Origin: Octopus bimaculoides
Lineage: Eukaryota
Length of the DNA stretch: 64,000 nt
Assembly: GCF_001194135.2 (NCBI RefSeq)
Contig: NC_068984.1
Span: 9,515,121 to 9,579,120, forward strand
Direction: 5' to 3'
Both the position numbers and the translations under genes were made by a program. Positions 23,189 to 37,293 of the stretch are shown here, piece by piece (position 1 is the first letter of the stretch; each line of letters begins with the position of its first letter). The notes beneath the pieces were generated by a model, which saw only the letters and a list, made by a program, of their open reading frames with translations, was not told the origin of the DNA and did no database searches.

Positions 23189-24224
23189 TGTTACGAACGC
23201 CCGCACGCGAAGCACCTCCTTAACGAAGAGAGAACTCGCACGCGCGCGAACGTTCACGCTCGGTGAGTCGGTGCGCTCGCCACAGGCCACCAATGAGCCC
23301 CGGCCGGAGCACGCAGCGAAGAACAACACAGGCAAAAGGAGGGGAGGAAGAAACAACACGGAGACCATACGTTGGGTAGCGGAACTAACCCTTTCTTTTC
23401 ACATCATCAAAACATCATCAATACATTATAAAACAATACATCAGAGTAAAACATTACATCACAATTCAATAGCATATAATGGCGCATGCAACATAATCAA
23501 GGGTTTGCAATCGTTACATAAACAAGAGTTCGTACATCGAGTCCTTTAAAAGTTCTTTCTTTTCTTTTCAGTTACACCACATGTAAAAGTTCTTTCTTTT
23601 CTTTCTCTTTTAAGTTAACATCACAGTTAACAGTTCTTTTTCTTTATACATCAAAACGACAAATATATTTTCTTGGAAGGATATTTAGACAAACCTTTGC
23701 TGTAATAACTTCCTTTCTTTCACAAACACCGTACGGTCCAAGAAGTAAACAACTGACTACTGCTATCTCTTTTGGCTGCCAGAATCCCATCTCTCTGTCC
23801 CTCTCTCTATCAGAGACTCTATGCATTTCTGCTGACTATAGCTTTCTCTCTGTCAGACTTATCATTCTTCATCTTCACTTCATCCAACTCGACTGGCAAA
23901 ACTGCTGTCCCCAACTGCTCCGGCTGACTGCTACAACTCGACTGACCCTAAATCCTCCGGCCAACTGCGCCGCTTCAATCCCTGTTCTCGTATTTATCAC
24001 AAAATACCGTAGCTCAATCGTGCTACCTTACCCCCTCCCAAAGCTGGGTCAGTTCAGTACGATTCCTATCCTGCCTTTTTTTTAACTTTCGCTGACCGGA
24101 AAGGGGCAGCGATCACTCCTACGCTAAAAATAGCTGTGGTTGCTGACAAGACAAAGGAAATGCCATTGTCCCCAACAACCAGAACACGGTTTCAAAACCC
24201 AGCTCGGGAGATAGGGATATAACA
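23189..24224. mobile_element. Probable solo LTR (about 1036 bp)
   Basis: Begins TGTTA and ends TAACA (5-bp inverted termini), non-coding, compositionally distinct; no TSD, PBS or PPT found. Confidence 0.5.
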
Positions 24225-25144
24225 CTAATTGTATTTTCGGTGGTCGCATCAATATATTAATATAATTTTTCTTAAATATTTTAACAGAGCAAGAGGATGG
24301 AAGAAATTCATGTTGTCACTATTGTAGTAAGAATAGCTAAGAGAATAACAGACTACAATTTCTAGAGCGGCATGGAACACAGTGGGGTTCATAGGGTTGT
24401 AATTCATTTTCAATTTATCTATCTCTTTATCATCAACAAAAATCTAAGACTAGAAGACTGCATATATTTAGAATAAAAAGCAGAGTTGACAGTTCCTGGC
24501 TGGCTGTAGGTTATAAATTTCAGACTGCTATAGGTATCCCTTTACCTGCAAAAAAAAAAGAAACAAAACTTTAGAAGGAGTCAATTAGATAGTAGAAATG
24601 CCTATAAGAGAGGTAGGGTAAGGGATGACATTAATTCATGATGTTGTTACCAGTTAAAGGGGAAAACTTTATGAAACTTAGGATGCTACAATGAGATCCA
24701 GGAAAACATTAAAAGATCAGTGGGAGAACGTTTATAAACAATATATTGTGTTGTATAAAAATAAAATAAAATTGTTTAAATTCTTAAAAGAGGGCATCAT
24801 AACCAAATTGGCTGAGAGGGATTTATACATTAATTTAAACATTAAAAAGAAGATTACAATTATGTAGAATCAACTTAATACCTCAGCTTTACTTAATTAA
24901 TTAATAGGTGATCACTATAAAGACCACTCAAACCACTTACATGCGGAATATATATGGAAAGATATACATACTATCTTTCGATTGAAAGTAAGGAATATGA
25001 TAAATGATAATATATAGACATAATTAAATATAATAAGTATACAAGAAAAAGTGTGTACTGATATAAGTAGTTGTAATAGTATAAAAAATAAAAAAATAAA
25101 GCATACAGATACATAGACAAAAAGGGATTTATATATATAAAGAT

Positions 25145-25215
<71 letters not shown>

Positions 25216-27019
25216 NNNNNNNNNNNNNNNNNNNNNNNNNNNNNNNNNNNNNNNNNNNNNNNNNNNNNNNNNNNNNNNNNNNNNNNNNNNNNNNNNNNNN
25301 NNNNNNNNNNNNNNNNNNNNNNNNNNNNNNNNNNNNNNNNNNNNNNNNNNNNNNNNNNNNNNNNNNNNNNNNNNNNNNNNNNNNNNNNNNNNNNNNNNNN
25401 NNNNNNNNNNNNNNNNNNNNNNNNNNNNNNNNNNNNNNNNNNNNNNNNNNNNNNNNNNNNNNNNNNNNNNNNNNNNNNNNNNNNNNNNNNNNNNNNNNNN
25501 NNNNNNNNNNNNNNNNNNNNNNNNNNNNNNNNNNNNNNNNNNNNNNNNNNNNNNNNNNNNNNNNNNNNNNNNNNNNNNNNNNNNNNNNNNNNNNNNNNNN
25601 NNNNNNNNNNNNNNNNNNNNNNNNNNNNNNNNNNNNNNNNNNNNNNNNNNNNNNNNNNNNNNNNNNNNNNNNNNNNNNNNNNNNNNNNNNNNNNNNNNNN
25701 NNNNNNNNNNNNNNNNNNNNNNNNNNNNNNNNNNNNNNNNNNNNNNNNNNNNNNNNNNNNNNNNNNNNNNNNNNNNNNNNNNNNNNNNNNNNNNNNNNNN
25801 NNNNNNNNNNNNNNNNNNNNNNNNNNNNNNNNNNNNNNNNNNNNNNNNNNNNNNNNNNNNNNNNNNNNNNNNNNNNNNNNNNNNNNNNNNNNNNNNNNNN
25901 NNNNNNNNNNNNNNNNNNNNNNNNNNNNNNNNNNNNNNNNNNNNNNNNNNNNNNNNNNNNNNNNNNNNNNNNNNNNNNNNNNNNNNNNNNNNNNNNNNNN
26001 NNNNNNNNNNNNNNNNNNNNNNNNNNNNNNNNNNNNNNNNNNNNNNNNNNNNNNATATATATATATATATATATATACGAGTGCGTTTTATGGGGAATAA
26101 TACGTGCGCTTTTATGTGTGTGTTTCTATAAATTTTTTTATTCGAGAACAGAGTTCTTTCATGTGTGCGTGTGAATGCATGTGTGTGTGTGTACGTGTAT
26201 GTGTGTTAGTGGGATCAATGTCTATGAGTCTGTATGCGTGTATGTGTGTATATGAGTGAGTATAGACATTTACTTCTAAGTATATATGCATATGTATACA
26301 TATATACCTTCACATATGAATACACACACATACACACATCACGTCAAATATTTCCGATGTTTCCTAAGTTTAACTTGGTCATTTTAAGCCATTTAGCAAA
26401 GTTTAAAAGGTTACCATGGGAAGGTTAACCACGGATCTTTTATTATTAAAGTCACTAACCGTATCATTGCAAACAATTCTTTTCCATTCATAGATCCACG
26501 ATTCTTCACCAAGCTTTTGCACCAACATCATAAAACGTGTTTCTTTATCCTAAGCATTTTTTCCAAGTAATTATACCGATAGATCGGTTAGATCAGAGAT
26601 TTCTAGCAACCATTGAATTTACTTTTGGAAGCAAAATTGGAAAATACAAGTCTGCAAAATTCCAAGAAATACTTTACAGTCACCATAAGTCCGATCAAAG
26701 ATCACGCATTAAGAATAGAAGGAAAAAAGGAAACCAACTCGGCTTCCTAGCGTTGTCTGATGTTTCCAGTCTTTCTTAATTCACTGAATATATTCAAGTA
26801 AAAAGAAATTCCTTTTGTACTCGCGCTAACATTTGTGTGTGTATGTATGTGTGTGTGTGCGCTTATATATATNNNNNNNNNNNNNNNNNNNNNNNNNNNN
26901 NNNNNNNNNNNNNNNNNNNNNNNNNNNNNNNNNNNNNNNNNNNNNNNNNNNNNNNNNNNNNNNNNNNNNNNNNNNNNNNNNNNNNNNNNNNNNNNNNNNN
27001 NNNNNNNTATATAAAGGGA

Positions 27020-27200
27020 GAATTCACAAAAAAACAACAAACGAAGACAGGTAGTGTAGAAAACAAACAGATGTATTTGTATAACGCTCGGGAATTGAAA
27101 AAGTCTTCAACGTTTCGAACCTACGCTCTTCCACAGAAAGGAACACAGAAAGAAACAAGGAGAGAAAAAAATGTGTGTAGTGGTTAGCGATCTATCATGG
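27020..27200 (-). mobile_element. Repeat family G; hammerhead-like variant at 27105-27140
   Basis: Reverse complement cttt-CTGTGGA-a-gag-cgtagg-ttc-GAAA-cg-TT-gaag. Confidence 0.6.
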
Positions 27201-27746
27201 CGAATGATATATTTAAGTTTCGACTTTCTCGCCTCAACAATAAATTTTATGTCAAAACATTCGAAAAACAGGTATAATCGGTGTTTTTCCATCAACTATC
27301 ACCAAATTTTCCCTCATTCTCTCACTCTCTGTCTTTCTCCTACTCTTTCTTTCTCTTTGTTTGTCTCCCTCTACTTCTTTACCTCTCTGCCTCTCTTTTA
27401 TTTACTTACATTTTCTTTCGTTCCACCCCCATTTCTCTTTCACGTCCTCTTTACTCTATCTTTCCTTTTTCACTCGCTAAAACTTGTTTCTCTTCCCTTT
27501 TCTCAATCCCAGGTTTTCAATGCATGTGTGTGTGTTTGTGTGTGTGTGTGTTTGAGTGTGTGTGTATGTGTGTATAGATACATACATATATATATACACA
27601 CACATATATGTAAATATATACATATGTAATACGTGCATACATATATATGCATATGCATATACGTGTAGGCATATATGTGTGTATGCGCGTGTGTATACAA
27701 ACGGTAGCTATATGCATATATAATATACACATATATATATATATAC

Positions 27747-27787
<41 letters not shown>

Positions 27788-28002
27788 TTGTATAATTGTG
27801 CTTATGTAATTTGTATTGCATAAGTACACATGAGTACGTGTGTGTATGAGTGCGTGTGAGTATATGTGAATGAGAGAAAGTGAGTGTTATACAGATCCTA
27901 TACACAATTGAATCGTTGAATTCAATTGTGAACGCCATTTTGGAAGCCAGTTCACTGCAGAGTCCATAAACTAAGAAAATAAAGCAGAACTGTGTGTGTG
28001 TG

Positions 28003-28072
<70 letters not shown>

Positions 28073-28995
28073 TGTACTAACCTAACATAAATTTTCAATC
28101 TTGCTTAGCCAGCTTAGAACATTTGGAAAATTCTGGAACATTAGCAAGCCCATTAGAATACAATACAAATAATAAGAGAACTGCCTGCGTAGAATGTAAT
28201 TGGATGCGTTTCAAAAAATAAACTTTCAAACCCGTTTTCCCTCATTTCTCCTCACCTTTTGTTACAAATTTGTTGTTGTTATCTGTTGAACATTCTAGAA
28301 GAGAGAACAAGAAATATTTCCTACCCAACTGTTGTAAACAACGGGAATTAACCAACTGAAATAAATTCCATTGAATAGAGACATGGTTTAGGTTTGTAGA
28401 AGCATCGGAGAGTAACGGTACGCTTCTTGAGAAATGACTTTTCTGCAGAACACAAGTTTCTCTTCATGGCTGGGTCGGTCGTTTTCACGTTTTCACGTTC
28501 CTTTTTTTTTTATGGCCTGCGTTAATGGACTTTCACTGCACATGCGCCTGTAAACCGGAAACAACATATGTAAAAGGTTGTTTTCTCTCATTATTCAGTG
28601 TATTCAGGGAAATGCAGGGGGTCCCATGGTTCACCCTTTGTCGCTGTAATTTAGAATATTTCATTACGTTGCATAAGGTTTAGCTGGTTTTTCACTCGTA
28701 ATAACTGATGCCTTCGATAATTGTGTGAGTGTGTGTTGTAAACAACATACATATACGTTGTTTTTCATGTGTATATATATATGTATATAGATTTATTTAT
28801 TTATTTATTTATTTATTTATATATATATNNNNNNNNNNNNNNNNNNNNNNNNNNNNNNNNNNNNNNNNNNNATACTATGATGATAGTTTTTCTATAGCGC
28901 TGCTTCCATGAAATAATTCATATATGTGTGTGTGTGTGTACGTGAGCAAAATACCTTGCACACGTATATACATTTATATATGCATGTATGTATTT

Positions 28996-29049
<54 letters not shown>

Positions 29050-29059
29050 GGCAGATAAA

Positions 29060-29292
29060 AAGGCGGCGAGCTGGCGGAAACGTTAGCACGCCGGGCGAAA
29101 TGCTTAGCGGTATTTCGTCTGCCGCTACGTTCTGAGTTCAAATTCCACCGAGGTCGACTTAGCCTTTCATCCTTTCGGGGTCAATTAAATAAGTACCAGT
29201 TACGCACTGGTGTCGATGTAATCGACTTAATCCATTTGTCTGTCCTTTTTTTTCCTCTCTATGTTTAGCCCCTTGTGGGCAATAAAGAAATA
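29060..29292 (+). mobile_element. SINE family B, full length, young-looking
   Basis: aaggcggcgagctggcggaaacgttagcacgccgggcgaaatgcttagcggtatttcg...gttcaaattcc...gggcaataaagaaataag. Confidence 0.9.
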
Positions 29293-29644
29293 AGATAGAT
29301 AGATAGATAGTGAGAGAGGAGAAGAGAGAGAGAGAGAAAAATAGCAGTAAGTGAATACAGTCTAGGAATCCAAGTGTAGGAAATTAGTAAGCTTCAAGCA
29401 ATTAGGCGCCTGATACAGAGGACAGAAAGTGAACAAAATACGATTAAATATATTTAACATCGCCAGTTATTTTTAGCCAATAGCGAGACAGAAATTTTCT
29501 GCGTTTAACAGAGCGGCGACTACTTTGAGGTTGTACCCTGTGAAATTTATAGTTTAGCGTGGCTACCTCGTCTTCAACCGCAGAGGCCAGGAAGTCAGAT
29601 GCTGCGAACTGATACGTGCACGCATACATATACGTGTGTGCGAG

Positions 29645-29692
<48 letters not shown>

Positions 29693-29904
29693 TGTGTGTG
29701 TGTGTGTGTGTATGTGTGTGTGTGTGTGCGCGCGCGTGTGCGTGTTTGTGTGTGTGTGTGTGTGTGTGAGGAGTGTCTGTTACCTCGCTTTCGCTTAATT
29801 GCTTTCGATGTTTTTGTAGTCGTGAGTAGATATGGACCGCCTGTCCACTCTCACACCCTTCGTCCCGTCAAACATCGAAGATGTAGTAATTGGTAGGCAC
29901 CGGG

Positions 29905-30030
29905 AGTTAGCTAATACTCATTCTCAGTTCCGTAGACTGGGTCGATACGAAACAAACTCCCTTGCTCAAGGACATAACGTCCTGCCCGGTCAGGAAATCG
30001 AACGTGCGATCTTGTAATTGTGAAAGCAAC
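29905..30030 (-). mobile_element. Degenerate SINE family D (tRNA-like head with ccttgagcaagg CORE-like segment)
   Basis: Plus strand cttgctcaaggacataacg...ggaaatcgaac; small related fragment at about 52120-52155. Confidence 0.55.
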
Positions 30031-30064
30031 ATACACACACACACATACACATACATACATACAT

Positions 30065-30096
<32 letters not shown>

Positions 30097-30098
30097 CC

Positions 30099-30155
<57 letters not shown>

Positions 30156-31698
30156 TACTTCGTTTTTTTAATTTGGTTTGCAAGATTCTTTATTTGAGTT
30201 CGTGTGTTGAAGCATATTTTGTTGTGTCTGGTGAGAGTTATTCTCTTTTAGTACCTTATTATTTAACACACTTACCGGTAAAGTTTCCACTCATTTACTT
30301 ATATATATCATTTACTTATATATATCTAGTGCACTGTCGTCTGATTTCAATCATTTCAGTCACAGGCGTTCACAAATATTTTTCAGTAACGAACTAGAGA
30401 GCAGCAACAACCAACAAAAGCAGTAACAGCTGCAGCAATCAGAAGAATATTTCTTGTTGCTTTAAACAACACAAGCTAATTAATCTTATTAGATTGTTTT
30501 GTATTTTTTTGTTTGTTTGTTTCTTTGTTTGTTTGTTTGTTTGTTTTGCTGAGAACGAATGAAAGGCCAAAGACACCCTACGTGCTTACCAAAGGCCAAA
30601 GACACCCTACTTGCTTACAAGATAAAGCATTTAGAATGTTTTTAACGGCTAACACCTACATTAGATGCAAGCCGACAGAAAATCTGTCAGCCATTTTGTA
30701 TGATCTTTACCAGTAAGTGCAGATATACGTGTGCGACAATTGACATATGGTGTGTGAGTTTGCGTGCGTGTAGATTACACGGGTGGACTTTACAGTAGCT
30801 GTAAACAGTGGGCCGATGGCAGTGTAATTAAATTAAGTTTCTGCTGTGTTTAAATGTGAATGTGTCGTGTGAGTAATAGGTGATATTTAAAAGTGTTTAT
30901 ACACGAAAGTGTGACGGAATCGTATGACACAAACCTTGTTAAAAATATACTTTGATGCAGAAATACATACATATCAAAACATGCACACATACATAAGTGT
31001 GTGTGTGTGTGTGTGTGTGATGTACGTGTACAGTCTATGTAGAAATTAGTAAATACTAAATTGGACGGTGAAATGTCATAGAGAAACTTCAAACCAGGTA
31101 CTGTAAACAACGACCTCCAGATTAAGAAACGAAGTCACTCGCTAGACTGACAAAGACCACAGAAACACTTCAATAATATTGTCCCGGCCACATCAAAGAA
31201 CTAATGACAGAAGAATGCCATGTTATGCTGCAGAATCATACGCCATTATCCAATTCGTTGGTGCAGTAAACATTTCCCTTGACGTAAACAAATGGCTACT
31301 AATTGCACTGTTACTCATCGAAGTGTTGTTACTATTTCTTTAAATATCTTATTATCATCGCTAGCACCGTGTCTGTGGTGATGAAGAGAGAACGGCTCAC
31401 AGACTAAGGAACACTGACGCAATATTGATTAACTGGAAATTCTACACGCATCACACACACATGAGTGCGTGTGTGTGTGTGTATGTGTGTGTGTGTGTGT
31501 GTAAAGATATATATATATGCACACGCATATATGTAATATATGCGTGTGAGAGCGTGTTCTTAAGTCCATGTTATTGCATGACTATTTATGAGGCAGTGTG
31601 CGTTCGGTTGTCAGCACATATGTGTGTGGGTGGATATATATACATACAGACACCAATTCTCACGCACATACATATAAATATATACATACATATGTATG

Positions 31699-31732
<34 letters not shown>

Positions 31733-32396
31733 TGATGTGTACGTGGGTGAATGTAAATTGATTGCAATAACAGGAACTGTGAAGTCATACTTCTGTTCGA
31801 AAAGTCAAAAATACATGCACCGTAGATATGCTTCTGTATATATGTATATATATATATANNNNNNNNNNNNNNNNNNNNNNNNNNNNNNNNNNNNNNNNNN
31901 NNNNNNNNNNNNNNNNNNNNNNNNNNNNNNNNNNNNNNNNNNNNNNNNNNNNNNNNNNNNNNNNNNNNNNNNNNNNNNNNNNNNNNNNNNNNNNNNNNNN
32001 NNNNNNNNNNNNNNNNNNNNNNNNNNNNNNNNNNNNNNNNNNNNNNNNNNNNNNNNNNNNNNNNNNNNNNNNNNNNNNNNNNNNNNNNNNNNNNNNNNNN
32101 NNNNNNNNNNNNNNNNNNNNNNNNNNNNNNNNNNNNNNNNNNNNNNNNNNNNNNNNNNNNNNNNNNNNNNNNNNNNNNNNNNNNNNNNNNNNNNNNNNNN
32201 NNNNNNNNNNNNNNNNNNNNNNNNNNNNNNNNNNNNNNNNNNNNNNNNNNNNNNNNNNNNNNNNNNNNNNNNNNNNNNNNNNNNNNNNNNNNNNNNNNNN
32301 NNNNNNNNNNNNNNNNNNNNNNNNNNNNNNNNNNNNNNNNNNNNNNNNNNNNNNNNNNNNNNNNNNNNNNNNNNNNNNNNNNNNNNNNNNNNNNNN

Positions 32397-32452
<56 letters not shown>

Positions 32453-32454
32453 TC

Positions 32455-33238
32455 CAGTGTACTCAGCTGGCAAGATTGAGTGGTACCTGTGAATCCGAAG
32501 GGCCAACCTTATTTCTTTATTGCCCACAAGGGGCTAAACATAGAGGGGGACAAACAAGGACAGACAAACGGATTAAGTCGATTACATCGACCTTAGTGCG
32601 TAACTCGTACTTAATTTATCGACCCCGAAAGGATGAAAGGCAAAGTTGACCTCGGCGGAATTTGAACTCAGAACATAAAGACAGACGAAATACCTCTAAG
32701 CATTCCGCCCAGCGTGCAAACGTTTCTGCCAGCTAACCTTGTCACATTCTGCGTCGCACTAGATCTCCATGAGAAGTACGTTAAGGGTACACGTGTCTGT
32801 GGAGTACTCAGCCACCTGAACAGTAATTTCACGAGCCGGCACTTCCGTTAACCGGATCAGATGGAGCACGTCTCGTCGTAACCGACGGAGTACCTGTTTA
32901 TGTGTGTGTATGTGTGGGTATTAGAGAGTGTGAGCGTGACTCTGTGTGTGTGTGTGTCTGTGTGTGTGTGTGCGTGTCTTTATATATTTCAAGGTCATTG
33001 TTCAGTGATAAACTCAGGAGCAATACTGTCGATAATTTATAATGGTTTCAAATTTTGGCACATGACCTGCGATTTTAAGGGAGGTTACGTAGACCCCAGT
33101 ATTCAACTGGTACTTATTTTATCAACCAGCCCCCGAAAGAACGAAAGACACAGTTGACCCCTGGGTGAGATTTGAACTCAGAACTGACAACTGAATGAAA
33201 TGACGTAAAGCATTTTATCCAATATCCTAACGATCCTA
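32455..33238. mobile_element. Family B SINE (32510-32735, minus), family C 3' half (32745-32893, plus) and family B (33050-33238, minus)
   Basis: Alignment by eye to the other copies. Confidence 0.75.
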
Positions 33239-33295
33239 ACAGTACTCATTACACACACACACACACACACACACACAATCACACGCGCGCGCACA

Positions 33296-33330
<35 letters not shown>

Positions 33331-34266
33331 TATGGACTTCTTTCAGTTTCCGTCTACTAAATCCACTCACNNNNNNNNNNNNNNNNNNNNNNNNNNNNNN
33401 NNNNNNNNNNNNNNNNNNNNNNNNNNNNNNNNNNNNNNNNNNNNNNNNNNNNNNNNNNNNNNNNNNNNNNNNNNNNNNNNNNNNNNNNNNNNNNNNNNNN
33501 NNNNNNNNNNNNNNNNNNNNNNNNNNNNNNNNNNNNNNNNNNNNNNNNNNNNNNNNNNNNNNNNNNNNNNNNNNNNNNNNNNNNNNNNNNNNNNNNNNNN
33601 NNNNNNNNNNNNNNNNNNNNNNNNNNNNNNNNNNNNNNNNNNNNNNNNNNNNNNNNNNNNNNNNNNNNNNNNNNNNNNNNNNNNNNNNNNNNNNNNNNNN
33701 NNNNNNNNNNNNNNNNNNNNNNNNNNNNNNNNNNNNNNNNNNNNNNNNNNNNNNNNNNNNNNNNNNNNNNNNNNNNNNNNNNNNNNNNNNNNNNNNNNNN
33801 NNNNNNNNNNNNNNNNNNNNNNNNNNNNNNNNNNNNNNNNNNNNNNNNNNNNNNNNNNNNNNNNNNNNNNNNNNNNNNNNNNNNNNNNNNNNNNNNNNNN
33901 NNNNNNNNNNNNNNNNNNNNNNNNNNNNNNNNNNNNNNNNNNNNNNNNNNNNNNNNNNNNNNNNNNNNNNNNNNNNNNNNNNNNNNNNNNNNNNNNNNNN
34001 NNNNNNNNNNNNNNNNNNNNNNNNNNNNNNNNNNNNNNNNNNNNNNNNNNNNNNNNNNNNNNNNNNNNNNNNNNNNNTATATATATATATATATATAGAT
34101 AGGTATATATATACATATAAATATACATATATATACATACACATATATATATGTATATGCATATATGTATATATATGTATATACATATATGTACATATAT
34201 ATATACATATATGTATATACATATATGCATATATATGTATATATATATGTATGTATATATATATAT

Positions 34267-34306
<40 letters not shown>

Positions 34307-34387
34307 ATGTATGTATGTATATACATATGTGTATGTGTATATATATGTATACATATATATGTGTGTATATACATATATATTTATTAT

Positions 34388-34454
<67 letters not shown>

Positions 34455-34534
34455 TGCTTAAAAGATGGATAAGCGGTTATATATGGCACCAAAACATCTG
34501 TAAAGATGTTACGTAACCATAAATATAATTAAGA

Positions 34535-34593
<59 letters not shown>

Positions 34594-34984
34594 GTGCGTG
34601 TGTGTACATGCATACATATACACACGTACAGACATACACGCTCATGTATATATTGTAAACAAGTAAATTATTCAAACAACAACACGCTAAATTCACTCTC
34701 CATGTGTTGCTCGGTAACTAAGCAACGATGTGTTTACTCTCAGATACAATAATAAAGTTTGAAATAATCTGAAAGAAAAGAATAATCTCAATCTAGAAAA
34801 CCTATAAAAATTTAATCACGACTAAAATTAGTAGAAACTTTTTAAAATATCGTTTATTTTAAATTGGATATAATTTAACTGTAAATAAACAAAATTCAAA
34901 CCAGTTCAAATTAGTTTCTTCGTCCTAACCACCACAATAAACATATTATTAACCAGAGTTAAAGCTTAAACTAGTAAGCATATA

Positions 34985-35352
34985 GCGTGGCTGTGTGGTT
35001 AGAAGTGTGCTTCCCAACCATATGGTCCCGGGTTCAGTCCCGCTTCGTTTCGCCTTGGGCAAGTGTCTTCGACTATAATCTCGAGCCGACCAAAGCTTTG
35101 TTGTGAGTAGGTTTGGTAGACGGAAGCTGAAAGAAGCCCGTCTTGTGTGTGTGTGTGTGTCGTATCTATGTGTCTGTGTTTATCACCACCGTTTGACAAC
35201 CAGTGTTGGTGTGTTTACGTCTCCGCAACCTAGCAGTTTGGCAAAAGATTCCGATAGAATTATTTTTTTTTTTTAATAACTAAAATTCTTCAAGGCAGTA
35301 CCCCAGCATGGCCGCAATCAAATGACTGAAACAAGTAAAAAATAAAAGATAA
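34985..35352 (+). mobile_element. SINE family A, full length
   Basis: gtggctgtgtggttagaag...ggttcagtccc...aaagaagcccgtc (GT)n ... ccccagcatggccgcaatcaaatgactgaaacaagtaaaa. Confidence 0.85.
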
Positions 35353-35614
35353 AAAATTCATACAATCTCTGCGTCGCGGTTTTATGTAGAATCGTAAATA
35401 TCTATGGAACATGAAACACACAGACAACTTGACTCTAGTCCAAAACACTTTAATGAACAAGTAAAACGGATTATCAGAGAGTTAAGGTAGAGCCAGTCAG
35501 TATACTTAACACTAATGAGCAGCAAAAATCTAATTAGATATCGAATGTAATATTAATCAAGGTAACTGAATCATTCGAAGCAACACAAACCAATAATCTT
35601 GCCATTAAAAAAAA

Positions 35615-35912
35615 AACAGAAAACGGTAATAGATAGAATAAAAACTTCTGCAACAAGACAACGCCAGACTTCGTAGCTCTGTAAGAAGCCGGAATAAACA
35701 CCAGGAACTTGAAGAAATCGAACTGGTACCACACCTAGCATATAGTCCGGACCTAACTCCCACGGATTATTACTTGTTCCGATCCATGGCTCACTTTTTG
35801 CGCCTCATCAACCAAGTGGAGGTGGAAGCTTTAGTGACAAGAACTGGTTTCAGCGGAAGATCGAAGAACTGGCAGAAAGGTAGCTTCAGGTTGTGCAACA
35901 CGATGGCCTCCC
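35615..35912 (+). mobile_element. Mariner transposase C-terminal relic
   Basis: QQDNAR...ELVPHLAYSPDLTPTDYYLFRSMAHFL...KIEELAER*LQ; YSPDL and D(34)D-region motifs. Confidence 0.85.
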
Positions 35913-35944
35913 CTTTGAATGCCAGGGTGTTTTTATCGTAACTT

Positions 35945-36365
35945 GACGAATGCCCTCTTCAAGGGCCTTTATGGATGACACCACAGTACTTTCCACTGAA
36001 TGAAACGCGCACTTAGATAATTTAGTCATCTTGTCTAGAAATGGGCTTCGAGGCAAAGGAGTCGCGGAGCCTCTCACAACAGAAGGGGAAAATGGTGGAT
36101 AAGATTGTGTTGACTGTCGGCAACGAACCCATCCCAACAGTGGTAGAAGAAGCAGTCAAGAGCCTTGAAACGCGGTAAGGCAATCCTTAGGTGATACAAA
36201 GAAGGGAAATGAAGCTAAGCAAATTGCAGAAAAGAGCATGCAAGCATTATGGCGTCTCTGGCAAATATAAGGCTTGGTGCCTGCAGGTCATTCTCATACC
36301 TAAGCTCCTCTCGCCTTTGCTGATGTATGATATCAGCACTAACACAGATAGTAACTGTGGAGTGC
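35945..36365 (+). mobile_element. HERO-like RT fragment, frameshifted
   Basis: RAFMDDTTVL catalytic motif, followed in other frames by PIPTVVEEAVKSL and GKYKAWCLQVILIPKLLSPLLMYDI. Confidence 0.75.
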
Positions 36366-36960
36366 AAGATTAATAAATCCAGGTAGGTAGTGAACGGTCC
36401 GATCCGTATGCAGCTCCCTCTCTCGTTTTAGTACTATCCGCGCCAAGCTTCCGCTGTCTTCTCAACTCCCCTTTTTAACAGGAAGTACATGAGATTATCT
36501 GCCTCGCTCGTTAGCAGGAAGTAAACGAAATTACCTGTCTCGTACCATGTTCACTTCCTGTATATATATTTGTTATCCATACCAACGTTATTTCACTTCT
36601 GCCAAAAGGTCGTTGAGAAACGTTTATCTCGCCACCTTCGGAAAATATTATATTATATTATATTATATTATAGGTATACAGAACAATAAATATATGCAAA
36701 CAAAAATACCTTGTTCTTGATGTTAACATTCCAATGAACGAACCCTGGATCTAAGTTAGAAACCGGCTCTTTCTCTATTGGCAAGAACTCTCGGAAATAA
36801 AACTAAATAGTGACATACATATACATGTGGTCATTAGTTTTTCCATTATATTAGCAATAACGACAAAGACCATAATGGAGGAATACTTATACACATACAC
36901 ACACACACACACATACACACACACACACACATACACACACACACATACACACACACACAT

Positions 36961-36992
<32 letters not shown>

Positions 36993-37001
36993 TTCTAATT
37001 T

Positions 37002-37038
<37 letters not shown>

Positions 37039-37104
37039 TCGTATGTTAGCATTTATACATTACGTCCTATATCAGCTAATGTATGCTTATAAATATTCAT
37101 ATGC

Positions 37105-37137
<33 letters not shown>

Positions 37138-37140
<3 letters not shown>

Positions 37141-37293
37141 CAGTCCCTCGACTATCGCGGATATTACGTTCCAAACCCAACCACCCACCCGTGATAGGTG
37201 AAAATCCGCGAACTAAAAACAAGTACTGTACTGTATTTTTTTTAATTATTTTTATAATTTGTATATATTTATTTCACTATAAATGCAAAACAA
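37138..37293 (+). mobile_element. pogo/Tigger-like DNA transposon or MITE end, running into a gap
   Basis: TA followed by cagcagtccctcgactatcgcgg, typical TA|CAG terminus; opposite end not visible. Confidence 0.5.
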
